Below are positions 11,452 to 21,719 of a stretch of 64,000 nucleotides of DNA, in pieces. The stretch lies in NCBI GenBank assembly GCA_900551705.1, contig URWY01000003.1, positions 1,236 through 65,235 of the forward strand, in the 5' to 3' direction. Origin of the DNA: an uncultured Bacillota bacterium. GTDB lineage: Bacteria > Bacillota > Clostridia > Christensenellales > UBA1242. The notes beneath the pieces are model-generated. The model saw only the letters and a program-made list of their open reading frames with translations. It did no database searches and was not told the DNA's origin. The translations under genes were made by a program, and so were the position numbers. How positions within the stretch are numbered: position 1 is the first letter of the stretch; each line of letters starts with the position of its first letter.

Positions 11452-11783
11452 GTAAATCTCAGCCTTTGCCAAGCGCAAAAGTTGTGTGGGGAAAAATTAT
11501 AACTAGGCTAAGAGAGCAACATTTAGCGGCGTTGCATGTGGCATGTGGAGATATAACAGATGTTGAAATTGAAAAAGACGAACTAATAATTTCCACAAAT
11601 CAAGAATATTTGCTGTCGATTATTTCAAACGATGAGAATTTGAATGAAATAGTCAATGCAATAAAATATTTGGGGTATAATTTGAAACCAGTGTTCAAAT
11701 TGGCGGATAAGCCTAGTCAACTTATAGAAGAAGATTTGAAAACATTGCGGGACAATGTTGGGGAATATTTGATAATAAAATAA
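11427..11783 (+). CDS. dnaX: Tau-specific C-terminal region of DnaX, encoded in the -1 frame relative to dnaX
   Basis: There is no Shine-Dalgarno before the TTG at 11448. The sequence ..VVWGKIITRLREQHLAALHVACGD..ELIISTNQEYLL.. resembles the C-terminal domain of Firmicute DnaX, judged from memory. Confidence 0.55.
   Translation, partial: RVKKKRNLSKSQPLPSAKVVWGKIITRLREQHLAALHVACGDITDVEIEKDELIISTNQEYLLSIISNDENLNEIVNAIKYLGYNLKPVFKLADKPSQLIEEDLKTLRDNVGEYLIIK
11433..11441 (+). other. Run of nine A: candidate -1 ribosomal frameshift or transcriptional slippage site in dnaX
   Basis: The zero frame stops five codons downstream (TGA 11449-11451). The -1 frame is open from 11427 to 11783. Confidence 0.5.
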
Positions 11784-11799
11784 AAATTTTGGAGGAGTT

Positions 11800-12132
11800 A
11801 TGAACGGATATAGAGGCGGATTTGGTGGTGGTTTCGGTGGCGCAAACCTTAACCAACTTATGAAACAAGCACAAAAAATGCAAGAAGATATGTTAAAAGC
11901 GAAGGAAGAACTTGAAAATACGGAGTTTTCAGCAAAATCTGGCGGTGGAATGGTTGAAGTTGTTATGCTTGGAAACAAACATATCAAAAAAGTGACAATT
12001 AAACCAGAAATTGTTGATCCAAATGATGTTGAAATGCTTGAAGATTTAGTTTTAGCTGCTGTGAACGATTGTGTTAGCCAGATTGAAAAAGAAGAAGATA
12101 AAAATTCTCCTTCAATTCCAGGAATGATGTAA
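11800..12132 (+). CDS. ybaB: Nucleoid-associated protein YbaB/EbfC family
   Basis: NLNQLMKQAQKMQEDM..SGGGMVEV core. Canonical position between dnaX and recR. Confidence 0.85.
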   Translation: MNGYRGGFGGGFGGANLNQLMKQAQKMQEDMLKAKEELENTEFSAKSGGGMVEVVMLGNKHIKKVTIKPEIVDPNDVEMLEDLVLAAVNDCVSQIEKEEDKNSPSIPGMM

Positions 12133-12133
12133 A

Positions 12134-12724
12134 ATGGAAAATATAGATCCTATTGAAAGGCTTGTTGCGGCTTTTAGGTCTTTGCCAGGAGTTGGTTTGA
12201 AGACAGCGGAGCGCTATGCTTATTCAATTATTAAAAAAGACGAAGAAAACGCAAAAGAATTTGCTGACGCAATTATCAATGCTAAGTTAAAAGTTAAATA
12301 TTGCAAAGAGTGTGGGAATTATACAGATAGTGAAATTTGTTCAATCTGTGCCAAACGCAACCCAGACATTATTTGTGTTGTAAAAGAGCCAAAAGATGTT
12401 GCAGCGATGGAGAAAGTTAAGTCGTTTAATGGCGTTTATCATGTTTTGCATGGAACGATAAATCCGCTTGAAAATCGCGGACCAAACGATATTCGAATTA
12501 AAGAACTTTTAGAAAGAGTGAACAGGCTAAAAACAAAAGAAGTTATAATGGCGACAAATCCTGATGTTGAAGGGGAAGCAACAGCACTCTATATTGCAAG
12601 GCTTTTAAAACCTCTTGGAATTAAGGTTACAAGGCTTGCTCAGGGCATTAGTATGGGTTCTGAACTTGAATATGCGGACGAAGTTACATTGACAAAAGCG
12701 TTAGAAAAAAGAAGTGAGATTTAA
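12134..12724 (+). CDS. recR: Recombination protein RecR
   Basis: LPGVGLKTAERYAY helix-hairpin-helix, C4 zinc finger CKECGNY..CSIC, Toprim domain. Confidence 0.9.
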   Translation: MENIDPIERLVAAFRSLPGVGLKTAERYAYSIIKKDEENAKEFADAIINAKLKVKYCKECGNYTDSEICSICAKRNPDIICVVKEPKDVAAMEKVKSFNGVYHVLHGTINPLENRGPNDIRIKELLERVNRLKTKEVIMATNPDVEGEATALYIARLLKPLGIKVTRLAQGISMGSELEYADEVTLTKALEKRSEI

Positions 12725-12726
12725 AA

Positions 12727-14442
12727 ATGCAGGTTATTGAAAATATCAAACAAAAATTGCAAGATACATTTGAAAAATTGGGTTATCCGGTGGAATATTT
12801 GACCCTTTCTTTTTCTGACAGACCTGAACTTTGTGATTTTCAAAGCAATAGTGCGTTTGCGCTTGCAAAAGTGCTAAGAAACGCGCCAATAAAAATTGCC
12901 GAAAGCATTGCAAATGAACTTAGTGATAATAACTTAAAAGTAGAAGTTTGCAATCCGGGCTTTATTAATATTTCTTTAACAGAAAATTACCTATCTGAAA
13001 TTTTAAAAGAATATGCTGGCTCTGAAAAATTGCTTGTAAAAACTCATGAAAAGCCTAAAACAATAGTTGTTGATTATGGCGGACCAAATGTTGCGAAACC
13101 ACTTCATGTTGGGCATTTAAGAAGTGCAATTTTGGGCGAAACAGTTAAAAGAATTGCCAAATTTATGGGTGATAAAGTGATTTCTGATGTCCATTTGGGC
13201 GATTGGGGCTTGCAAATGGGGCTTACGATTGCTGGACTTGAAGAAGAATTTGATTTGAGTTATTATTTTAATAATCAGGGTGAAAAACCAAACATTACAA
13301 TGGACGACTTGAACAGAATTTACCCTGCGGCGAGCGCTCGTTCAAAAATTGATGAAGATTTTAAGAAATATGCTCAAAATATCACCGCAAAATTGCAAAA
13401 TAAAGACAAAATCTATTATGCAATTTGGAAAGAGATTCGCGGTATTTCTGTTGATGCAATTAAAGCAGAATATAAAAAATTAAATGTTTCATTTGACTTA
13501 TTTAATGGTGAAAGCGACAGCCAAGATTATGTTCCAAAAGTATTTGAAATATTGAATGAAAAACACCTTATTGAAAAGAGCGAAGGGGCTGAAATTGTAA
13601 ATGTTGCTCGCGAAGACGATAACGCACCAATTCCACCAGTAATTGTCCGTTCATCAGCAGGTGCTGGCTTGTATGCTACAACAGATTTAGCAACAATAAT
13701 TGAGCGTGTTGAAGACTATGACCCAGACGAAATTTGGTATACAACAGACAATCGTCAGTGCATGCACTTTAATCAAGTTTTCAGAGTTTGTAAACTTGCT
13801 GGAATTGGCGGAGAGAAGTTAAAACTTGTTCATTTTCCATTCGGAACAGTAAATGGCACAGATGGCAAACCTTTCAAAACGCGTAGTGGCGGCACAATGC
13901 ATCTTTCTGAATTGATTCAGTTGGTTACTGATGCAAGTGACAAAAAACTTGTTGAAAATACAGGTAAAAGCGATAAAAAACTTGCCGAAATGATTGGTGT
14001 TTCTGCCTTAAAATTTGGTGATATGATAAATTTCAGAACAAAAGATTATGTTCTTGATATTGATAAATTTTGCTCATTTGACGGCAAAACAGGGCCATAT
14101 TTGTTGTATTCGCTTGTAAGAATCAACTCAATTTTGCAAAAAGCAGGTAAATTTGAACAGAAATTTGCAGTTAACGATGAAACTTCAAAAAATATTTTGC
14201 TTTGCTTGATGAAATTGTCTGTTGAAATTGAAAACGGCTATGAAGATAAGTCTGCAAGCGGAATTTGCCAAGCTGCATATAATTTGGCAAGCAGTTTTAG
14301 CACTCTTTATTCGAACGAAAAAATACTTTCACAAACTGATGTTGAACGAAAAAATGAACTTTTAACGCTGATTATGGTTATTCAAAAGGCTTTAACAGTT
14401 GTTTGCGACTTGCTCGCTCTTGATATTCCTGAAAAGATGTAA
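12727..14442 (+). CDS. argS: Arginine--tRNA ligase
   Basis: 571 aa. The HIGH-type motif is PNVAKPLHVGHLRS. C-terminal anticodon-binding domain present. Confidence 0.85.
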   Translation: MQVIENIKQKLQDTFEKLGYPVEYLTLSFSDRPELCDFQSNSAFALAKVLRNAPIKIAESIANELSDNNLKVEVCNPGFINISLTENYLSEILKEYAGSEKLLVKTHEKPKTIVVDYGGPNVAKPLHVGHLRSAILGETVKRIAKFMGDKVISDVHLGDWGLQMGLTIAGLEEEFDLSYYFNNQGEKPNITMDDLNRIYPAASARSKIDEDFKKYAQNITAKLQNKDKIYYAIWKEIRGISVDAIKAEYKKLNVSFDLFNGESDSQDYVPKVFEILNEKHLIEKSEGAEIVNVAREDDNAPIPPVIVRSSAGAGLYATTDLATIIERVEDYDPDEIWYTTDNRQCMHFNQVFRVCKLAGIGGEKLKLVHFPFGTVNGTDGKPFKTRSGGTMHLSELIQLVTDASDKKLVENTGKSDKKLAEMIGVSALKFGDMINFRTKDYVLDIDKFCSFDGKTGPYLLYSLVRINSILQKAGKFEQKFAVNDETSKNILLCLMKLSVEIENGYEDKSASGICQAAYNLASSFSTLYSNEKILSQTDVERKNELLTLIMVIQKALTVVCDLLALDIPEKM

Positions 14443-14471
14443 AAATCTCTTAAATTTTAAGAGATTTTTTT
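14442..14471 (+). terminator. Rho-independent terminator of argS
   Basis: aaatctctta / taagagattt stem followed by T7. Confidence 0.75.
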
Positions 14472-14520
14472 AATTTGGGTATTGATATATAATAAAAAAT
14501 GTGTTATATTATAATCAATT

Positions 14521-17500
14521 ATGAAAAAGAAAACTGCTTTTATTAGTTGTTTTGTGTTAGTTGCGATGTTAATCGTAAGTTTTTTTTGTGCAAGTTATAA
14601 TAATATTGGAACTATTCAAGCGGAAATCAAAGGTAAGGAAATTACAAAATATGTTTTGACGGGCTACCAAGATTATTATCCTTATCACTATTTTGATAGT
14701 TTAATTGGTGCTACTTATTCCAAAAAAATTGAATATATAAATGAAAATGGTGAGTTAGTTTCAGATTTTAGAGCGATTTTGGCCAATAACGACAACTATT
14801 TCGGCTCTGATTATTGCAAAGGTGAAGCGTCAATATATTTGGCTGGTGAAATGGAAACACTTGCAGGAACAGGTCATTATTATGCGTATGCAAGTGCAGG
14901 TCTTCTTGCGTTTGAAAATAAAGACAAATCCAAACTTTTGATTTCACTTTCAAACGGCGGAGTGACATCAACTGCGAAGTCAGACAAAGTTCACTCGGGT
15001 GGAAAATATGCACCGGACTGGGTGAAAACTGGAAAAGTCTTTTTAACAAGCAAAAATGATGTTTTAAAATTCCAATTTTCAACACTTGAAAAATCAACAG
15101 CTTGGATTCCAGCAGATTTTGCGATTTTTGAACCAACAATTAACTATGGAATTGAAATTGATAAAATTACAACCGAAACAAAAGGTTCAACTGTTTCAAA
15201 CGGCTCATTAATTAAACTTGAAGCGAGCCACTTTTTGTCAAAATTATCTGGCGAAAGTTTGATTAGGTATTATCAAAATATTCATGAAATTGAATGGGAA
15301 ATTGTTTCTGGTGCTGAAAATGGTCAAATTTTGGGCAATTATTTAAGTGTTAGCGGCAAAAGCGGCAAAATTGTTGTTAGACCAAAATGCTTAAAAACAA
15401 CTGACGGAACTGACTATATCTATGGCAACTCAATCACTTTTGAAATCAACTCATCAACTGTTGCTGTAAGTGCGAAATCAAACTTTGATGAAGGCGTAAA
15501 AGTCTCAGGAACAGGCAATTATAATCAAAATAGAAATGTTGTTTTATTCCTTGAAATTTTAGATGGCTATTCACTTTTGAGAGTTGAAGATGAAACAGGC
15601 GCACAACTTTCATACAATGTTACATCTTCTGGGAAATATAGAGTTGTAACTCGTGTTACAAATCAATCTAAAAATTTGAATATTATTTTGAAAAAGACAA
15701 TTTCGGTCACAAACATCATTGTCAAAGATAAAGTTTACGACAAAACCGATTCGGCAGAAATTGACCAAATTATTTTTGATGGCGGAGATTTAAAACACGG
15801 CGTAACCGTTGAATTAAGCGATTTAACTGTTAAGTTTTCAAGTTCTTTGCCTGGCGAAAATATTAAAATTTCAATTTCGGGCTCATTAAAATTATCTGGC
15901 GAAAATGCCTATATGTATGAACTTGTTGGCAATTTGCCAAGTGTAACAGCTAACATTTTAAAAAGAAATATTGTTGTGCGTGCGCATGACCAAGCGATTG
16001 AATATGGCAACACAATTCCTTCATTAAGTTACGATATTGAAGGGGATATGCTTGCAGGCGAAGCACTTATCGGCGAATTGCAAGTTGTATGCAATGGTTC
16101 AATCGGAACATATAAAATTTCGATAGGAACGCTTTCAAATTCGCATTATAATATAGAATTCGTTGAAGGAACTTTAACAATTTCAAAACGAAAAATTGAA
16201 GTTACAAGCATTTATATTGACAATAAAACTTATGATAAAGTTTCAGAACTTGATTTATCAAAATTGCACTACACAATGACGGGTTCATTCTTGAAATCAC
16301 ATAACATTTCTTTGAATATAAGCGGAATTTATTCAAGTTTGAATGCAGGGGAATGTAATGTTGAGTTGTCGGCAAGTTTAAATGGCTCAGATGTTCAATA
16401 CTATGAGTTGATTATGGAATCAACAACCATAAGTGCAGTTATTGAAGCGAGAGGATTGACAATAAATGCAATAACTGCAACAAAAGTTTATGGTGACACC
16501 GATCCAACTTTTGAATATAACTATAAAAATTCAGATTTACTTAGTGGCGACAGTATTACAGGTTCAATTTCAAGAACATCTGGCGAAGATGTTGGCGAAT
16601 ATACCATCACACAAGGCACACTTAGCGCGGCGAACTATAATATTGTGTTTAACTCAGCAAAATTTGTTATCACGCAGCGTGAAATCTCAATTTCAGCCGA
16701 TGCTAAAAGCAAAATTTATGGCAATAACGACCCACAACTTACATATTCATTAACAAACGGAACAATCGTAAATAATGATGATTTAGGCTTGACATTAACT
16801 CGTGTAAGCGGGGAGAGAATTGGCTCGTATGCTATCAAAATTGCAAGTCAAATTAACCAAAATTATAAAATATATTTCACATCTTCAAATCTTGTGATTA
16901 CGCAAAGAGAGTTAAATATCAGCGTAGTTGCAAACAATAAAAAATATGATGGCTTGCTTGATGCCGAAGTTGAAATTTATATCAATAATGACATCGCAGC
17001 GGATAACATATCTCTGCTTTTAACTGCAAAATTTGCAAATAAAAATGTTGGCTATTGGGTAGTTAATTACTACACAACAAATAATTCATTAGTTACAGAA
17101 TTTACTTCTTCATTACTGAAAGGACAAAACATTGATTGCTACAAAGTTAATTTCTCAGTAACTGAAAGAGCAAATATTGATAAGCGTAAAGTAAATGTGA
17201 CAATCGAAAACAAATATTTAAGTAAAATATTTGGCGAAGTTAACGCAGGTTTAATTTTTGATGTCGAAAATATTGTAGAAGGCGAAAGTTTGATAGGAAC
17301 TCTTGCTCGTGAAGAAGGAGAAAATGTTGGTTTCTACAACATTTTGAAAAACACTTTGACAGAAGCAAACAATCCTAACTATCAAATTGAATATGATTTT
17401 GATTTTACCTTCCAAATATTGAAAAGAGACCTCGTTATTGTTGTTGACGATAAAACTATCGAATTTGGTGAAGATGAAGGCATAATTGAGTATTATTTAT

Positions 17501-19782
17501 CTTCTAGCACGCCATTGCCATTGGGCGTAGAGTTAAATAACATTTTAACTGGCGCTCCAACAAGAGAAAGCGGAAAAGATGTTGGTATTTACAACTATTT
17601 AATCGGAACTTTGGCATTAATTGGCGACAGCGAAAACAATTACAATTTGATTTTCAATGGCGGCAAATTGACAATTTACACAAAAACTTTGACAATTCAA
17701 ATCAACGATATTGAAAAAGTTTATGGTTCAACAGATCCTGAATTTACATATACTATTCTTGGTAAATCAGGACTTGTTTTGAATATTCAATTTGTTAGAC
17801 AAGTTGGTGAAAATGTTGGTGAATATAAAATTACAGGCATTTTGGATGACGATAACTACAATGTTGTGATTAACCCAGGCAAGTTGACAATTACTCCAGC
17901 AGAAATCACGATCAGAGCAAACTCAATCTTGAAAATTTATGGTGATGCTGACCCTGTTTTAACTTATTATTTGTCAAACGGCATGCTTAAATTTGACGAT
18001 AGATTGGAAGATGTTTTAACAGGTGAACTTGTTAGAGATTTAGGCAATTCTGTTGGTGTTTATTCAATCAAAATTGGCTCATTAAAGGCAAATAGTAACT
18101 ATTCATTAAAGTTTTTGGGCAGCGATTTTGAAATTGTTGCAAAAGATTTGTATATAACAGCGAATAAAATTGTTAAATATTATGATGAAACAAATGAACC
18201 AGAACTTACATATCAAGTTAGTGGCTTGCTTGCTGGTGATGAAATTATTGGTAGTTTAACGCGAGTGAGCGGCTCAATGCCAGGTGAATATGATATTGAA
18301 ATCGGCACATTATCTGCCGAAAATTATAATATTGTTTTCACAAGTGCAAAGTTTGTTATTCAAAAGCGTAAAATAACAATCAAAATTAACCCAGTTTCTA
18401 AAATATTTGATGGAACAGACAGTGCGGAATTGACTTATTCGCTCAGCGGAAATATTTTGCAAGGCAGCGAACCGGTTGTGACATTGTTTAAAGAAAGCGG
18501 TGTGAATGTCGGTAAATACTTGATTAATGCACGCGTTGAAGGTGATATTTACGATGTTGAAATCATCACAAATTATTTTGAGATATTAAAGCGTGATGTA
18601 ACAATCAGAGCGGACAATTTTGAAATTGTTTATGGCGAAGAAATTCCAACTTTGACATATCGAGTTGAAGGCGACATTGAAAATAGTGAACTTCAAATCT
18701 CGCTTTATAGAACTCAAAGTAAAGCGGCAGGAGAATATACAATTTATTCTTCAATACTGCATTCAGATAACTACAATATCGTTTATGTTGAAGGAAAATT
18801 GACAATTAAAAAACTCAAATTGGTTATCAAGACGGGCAATTTTGTTAAGGTTTATGGCTCTGCCGACCCAATATTTGATTATGAAATCATAGAAGGTTCA
18901 ATAGTTGACCACGATATTTTGAATGGTGCAATTATTAGAGAACTTGGAGAAAATGTAGGAACATATAAATTGATTTGCGAACTTGAAAATCCAAACTATG
19001 AAATTGACTTTTTAAGTGCAAGTTTATCAATTACAAGAAAAGAATTGACAATTGTAACATCTGTTATGGACAAGGTGTTTGACGGCACAGATATTGCATA
19101 TTTGAGAACTCCAACACTTGCTGGTGTAATCAATGGTGACGATGTTTATTTCGATTATGAAAGAGATAAAGTTGCTAGATTTATTCAATCTGCTGTTGGT
19201 GACAACATTGCTGTAGTTGTTTATGGTGGAAAACTTAGTGGTGCAGATTGCGGAAATTATTATTTGACTTATCCAACTAATTTGACTGCAAACATAACAA
19301 ATTCGATTGTTGAAGCAGCAGACCAAAAAGTTGCTAACGAACTTTTTATAAAAGCGTCAAATTCAAACACGCTTTTAAAACAAGGTTCAACATTGTTTGC
19401 ATCTGAATACAAGGTAACAGACGCAGAAAAATCTGATTTTGGCAATTCAAAGAGCATTGTTGGAGCATATAATTTGTCACTTAAAGTTGGCAATCAAGAT
19501 GTGCCAGAATCGGGCAAAGTTACAGTTAATATAAAGCCATATTCAAATGGTTTAAACAATGTTCAAGTTTTCCGTTTAAATTCGGACGGAACAAAAACAC
19601 TTTTGAATGCAACTTACGAAGATGGCGTTATAAAATTTGAAACAGACGAAATGGGTACTTTTATCGTTGTTGCTGATAACGATAATTGGTTAAACATCAC
19701 ATTGATTGTTTCAGCGTCAGTTTTGCTCTTAACAATCGTTGGTTTTGTAATTAGTAAAAAAAGAAAAAAGAAAAAAGCATAA
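14521..19782 (+). CDS. Giant surface protein (1753 aa) built from at least a dozen tandem MBG-type (YGX) repeats, with an N-terminal signal peptide and a C-terminal transmembrane anchor plus a KKRKKKKA tail
   Basis: Repeating unit ..K(V/I)YG..DP.(L/F)TY....L..GD.I.G.L.R..GE.VG.Y.I..G.L...NYNI.F..(G/A)K..I. The C-terminus reads WLNITLIVSASVLLLTIVGFVISKKRKKKKA. Confidence 0.85.
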   Translation: MKKKTAFISCFVLVAMLIVSFFCASYNNIGTIQAEIKGKEITKYVLTGYQDYYPYHYFDSLIGATYSKKIEYINENGELVSDFRAILANNDNYFGSDYCKGEASIYLAGEMETLAGTGHYYAYASAGLLAFENKDKSKLLISLSNGGVTSTAKSDKVHSGGKYAPDWVKTGKVFLTSKNDVLKFQFSTLEKSTAWIPADFAIFEPTINYGIEIDKITTETKGSTVSNGSLIKLEASHFLSKLSGESLIRYYQNIHEIEWEIVSGAENGQILGNYLSVSGKSGKIVVRPKCLKTTDGTDYIYGNSITFEINSSTVAVSAKSNFDEGVKVSGTGNYNQNRNVVLFLEILDGYSLLRVEDETGAQLSYNVTSSGKYRVVTRVTNQSKNLNIILKKTISVTNIIVKDKVYDKTDSAEIDQIIFDGGDLKHGVTVELSDLTVKFSSSLPGENIKISISGSLKLSGENAYMYELVGNLPSVTANILKRNIVVRAHDQAIEYGNTIPSLSYDIEGDMLAGEALIGELQVVCNGSIGTYKISIGTLSNSHYNIEFVEGTLTISKRKIEVTSIYIDNKTYDKVSELDLSKLHYTMTGSFLKSHNISLNISGIYSSLNAGECNVELSASLNGSDVQYYELIMESTTISAVIEARGLTINAITATKVYGDTDPTFEYNYKNSDLLSGDSITGSISRTSGEDVGEYTITQGTLSAANYNIVFNSAKFVITQREISISADAKSKIYGNNDPQLTYSLTNGTIVNNDDLGLTLTRVSGERIGSYAIKIASQINQNYKIYFTSSNLVITQRELNISVVANNKKYDGLLDAEVEIYINNDIAADNISLLLTAKFANKNVGYWVVNYYTTNNSLVTEFTSSLLKGQNIDCYKVNFSVTERANIDKRKVNVTIENKYLSKIFGEVNAGLIFDVENIVEGESLIGTLAREEGENVGFYNILKNTLTEANNPNYQIEYDFDFTFQILKRDLVIVVDDKTIEFGEDEGIIEYYLSSSTPLPLGVELNNILTGAPTRESGKDVGIYNYLIGTLALIGDSENNYNLIFNGGKLTIYTKTLTIQINDIEKVYGSTDPEFTYTILGKSGLVLNIQFVRQVGENVGEYKITGILDDDNYNVVINPGKLTITPAEITIRANSILKIYGDADPVLTYYLSNGMLKFDDRLEDVLTGELVRDLGNSVGVYSIKIGSLKANSNYSLKFLGSDFEIVAKDLYITANKIVKYYDETNEPELTYQVSGLLAGDEIIGSLTRVSGSMPGEYDIEIGTLSAENYNIVFTSAKFVIQKRKITIKINPVSKIFDGTDSAELTYSLSGNILQGSEPVVTLFKESGVNVGKYLINARVEGDIYDVEIITNYFEILKRDVTIRADNFEIVYGEEIPTLTYRVEGDIENSELQISLYRTQSKAAGEYTIYSSILHSDNYNIVYVEGKLTIKKLKLVIKTGNFVKVYGSADPIFDYEIIEGSIVDHDILNGAIIRELGENVGTYKLICELENPNYEIDFLSASLSITRKELTIVTSVMDKVFDGTDIAYLRTPTLAGVINGDDVYFDYERDKVARFIQSAVGDNIAVVVYGGKLSGADCGNYYLTYPTNLTANITNSIVEAADQKVANELFIKASNSNTLLKQGSTLFASEYKVTDAEKSDFGNSKSIVGAYNLSLKVGNQDVPESGKVTVNIKPYSNGLNNVQVFRLNSDGTKTLLNATYEDGVIKFETDEMGTFIVVADNDNWLNITLIVSASVLLLTIVGFVISKKRKKKKA

Positions 19783-19839
19783 AACACTTGCTTTTTCTTT
19801 TTTTTTGTGTTATATTTGTAAAGCAAAAGGGCTTTACAC

Positions 19840-20091
19840 ATGGAAGAACTTAAAAAAACTGTTATGTTTGGAGATTTGTTTGAACTTTATGGCAAACTTT
19901 TGTCGCCATCACAACAGCAAGTTGCCAATTTGTATTTTAATGACGATTTAACATTGTCAGAAATTGCTGAAATAGTCAATGTGTCTAGGCAAGCAATATT
20001 TGATAGTCTTAAAAAATCAGAAAAAAAACTTTTGGAAATTGAAAGTAAAGTCGGAGCGCTGAAAATAATATCAGAATTAAAAAAGGGGTAA
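19840..20091 (+). CDS. ylxM: YlxM/UPF0122 helix-turn-helix protein associated with the SRP operon
   Basis: LTLSEIAEIVNVSRQAIFDSLKKSEKKL. Lies immediately upstream of ffh. Confidence 0.8.
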   Translation: MEELKKTVMFGDLFELYGKLLSPSQQQVANLYFNDDLTLSEIAEIVNVSRQAIFDSLKKSEKKLLEIESKVGALKIISELKKG

Positions 20092-20094
20092 ATC

Positions 20095-21405
20095 TTGGCT
20101 ATATTTGAAAGTCTAAGCGAAAAATTAAATCATGCTTTTTCAAAAATAATTCATCGCGGAAAGTTGACAGAACTTGAAATAAAAGATGCAATGAGAGAAG
20201 TCAAAATTGCTCTTTTAGAAGCCGATGTAAACTATTTGGTTGTGAAAAAATTCATTGCTAGCGTGTCCGAAAAGGCAGTTGGCGATGAAGTTATGAAAAG
20301 TTTAACACCAGCACAGCAAGTTATCAAAATTGTCAACGAAGAGTTGACAGCATTGATGGGCAGCACAAATCAAAAACTTAATGTTGCTTCAAAACCACCA
20401 ACAGTCATTATGATGTGCGGTTTGCAAGGTGCGGGAAAAACAACAATGTGCGCCAAACTTGCATATCACTTGAAAAAGTCTGGCAAAAGGCCGCTTTTGG
20501 TTGCTTGTGATATTTATAGGCCAGCCGCAATTAATCAGTTGCAAGTGGTTGGAAAACAAGCAGGTGCAGAAGTTTTTGAACGCGGAACAGCAAATCCAGT
20601 TAAAACATCAAAAGAAGCCATTGCTTATGCCATTAAACAAGGTTTTGACACTATTATTATTGACACAGCAGGCCGTTTGCACATCAATGAAGAATTGATG
20701 AAAGAACTTGAAAATATCAAGAAAGAAACGCAGCCAACAGAAATTTTGCTCACTGTTGACGCAATGACTGGTCAAGACGCTGTAACTGTTGCAGAAGAAT
20801 TCAATAATAAGTTAGACATCACTGGCGTGATTTTAACCAAATTAGATGGAGACACTCGTGGCGGTGCAGCATTGTCAATTAGGTCAATCACTGGTAAGCC
20901 AATCAAATTCTGCGGCGTTGGAGAAAAAATCGGCGATTTAGAGCCATTTTATCCAGACAGAATAGCAAGCCGTATTTTGGGCATGGGCGATGTTTTAACA
21001 TTGATTGAACGCGCACAAGAAGCGGTTAGCGAAGAGCAAGCAAAAGAACTTGAAAAGAAATTTAGACAAAATAGTTTTAACTTTGAAGACTATCTTGTTC
21101 AAATGGAAAATCTCAAAAAAATGGGCAATATGAAAGACCTTCTCGCTATGATTCCAGGTCTTGGCTCAAAACTTAAATCAATGCCAGACATTGACGAAAA
21201 TGTTTTGAAGAAAAACAAAGCCATTATTCAGTCAATGACTGTTAAAGAGCGTAGAAATCCTGAAATTTTGAAAGCCAGCCATAAAAAGAGAATTGCTCAG
21301 GGCAGTGGAACAGGCATTCAAGATGTTAACGCACTTTTGAAACAAATGGAACAATCAAAAGAACTTTTAAAACAAATGAAAAACAAAAAAGGATTTAGAT
21401 TTTAA
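20095..21405 (+). CDS. ffh: Signal recognition particle protein Ffh
   Basis: TTG start after AAGGGG. GLQGAGKTT, DTAGRLH, TKLDGD, and an M-domain with a Met-rich segment. Confidence 0.95.
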   Translation: MAIFESLSEKLNHAFSKIIHRGKLTELEIKDAMREVKIALLEADVNYLVVKKFIASVSEKAVGDEVMKSLTPAQQVIKIVNEELTALMGSTNQKLNVASKPPTVIMMCGLQGAGKTTMCAKLAYHLKKSGKRPLLVACDIYRPAAINQLQVVGKQAGAEVFERGTANPVKTSKEAIAYAIKQGFDTIIIDTAGRLHINEELMKELENIKKETQPTEILLTVDAMTGQDAVTVAEEFNNKLDITGVILTKLDGDTRGGAALSIRSITGKPIKFCGVGEKIGDLEPFYPDRIASRILGMGDVLTLIERAQEAVSEEQAKELEKKFRQNSFNFEDYLVQMENLKKMGNMKDLLAMIPGLGSKLKSMPDIDENVLKKNKAIIQSMTVKERRNPEILKASHKKRIAQGSGTGIQDVNALLKQMEQSKELLKQMKNKKGFRF

Positions 21406-21455
21406 TAGGTATTTCGCAGAATATGCTTAATATATAAATTTTATAGGAGGAAAGT

Positions 21456-21707
21456 ATGTCAGTTAAAATTCGTTTAACAAGAAAAGGAGATAAAAAATCA
21501 CCTTTTTACAGAGTTGTAGTTGCAGATTCTAGGTCACCAAGAGATGGTAGATTTATCGACATCATCGGAACTTACAATCCATTAACAAACCCTGCTGAAA
21601 TCAAAATTGATGCTGATAAGGCAAACAAATGGTTGTCAAACGGCGCTGTTCCAACAGAAACAGCAAAATCACTTTTGGTTAAATCTGGAATTATTGAAAA
21701 TAAATAG
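21456..21707 (+). CDS. rpsP: 30S ribosomal protein S16
   Basis: [34 protein letters not shown]. Confidence 0.95.
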   Translation: MSVKIRLTRKGDKKSPFYRVVVADSRSPRDGRFIDIIGTYNPLTNPAEIKIDADKANKWLSNGAVPTETAKSLLVKSGIIENK

Positions 21708-21719
21708 TAGGTGAGTTAT

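Noticed and set aside
15700-19300. The regular repeats in the two giant genes could be mistaken for a CRISPR array or a satellite.
   Set aside because: The repeats are in-frame coding units of about 240 nt, they are divergent, and they lack the short-repeat/unique-spacer architecture.
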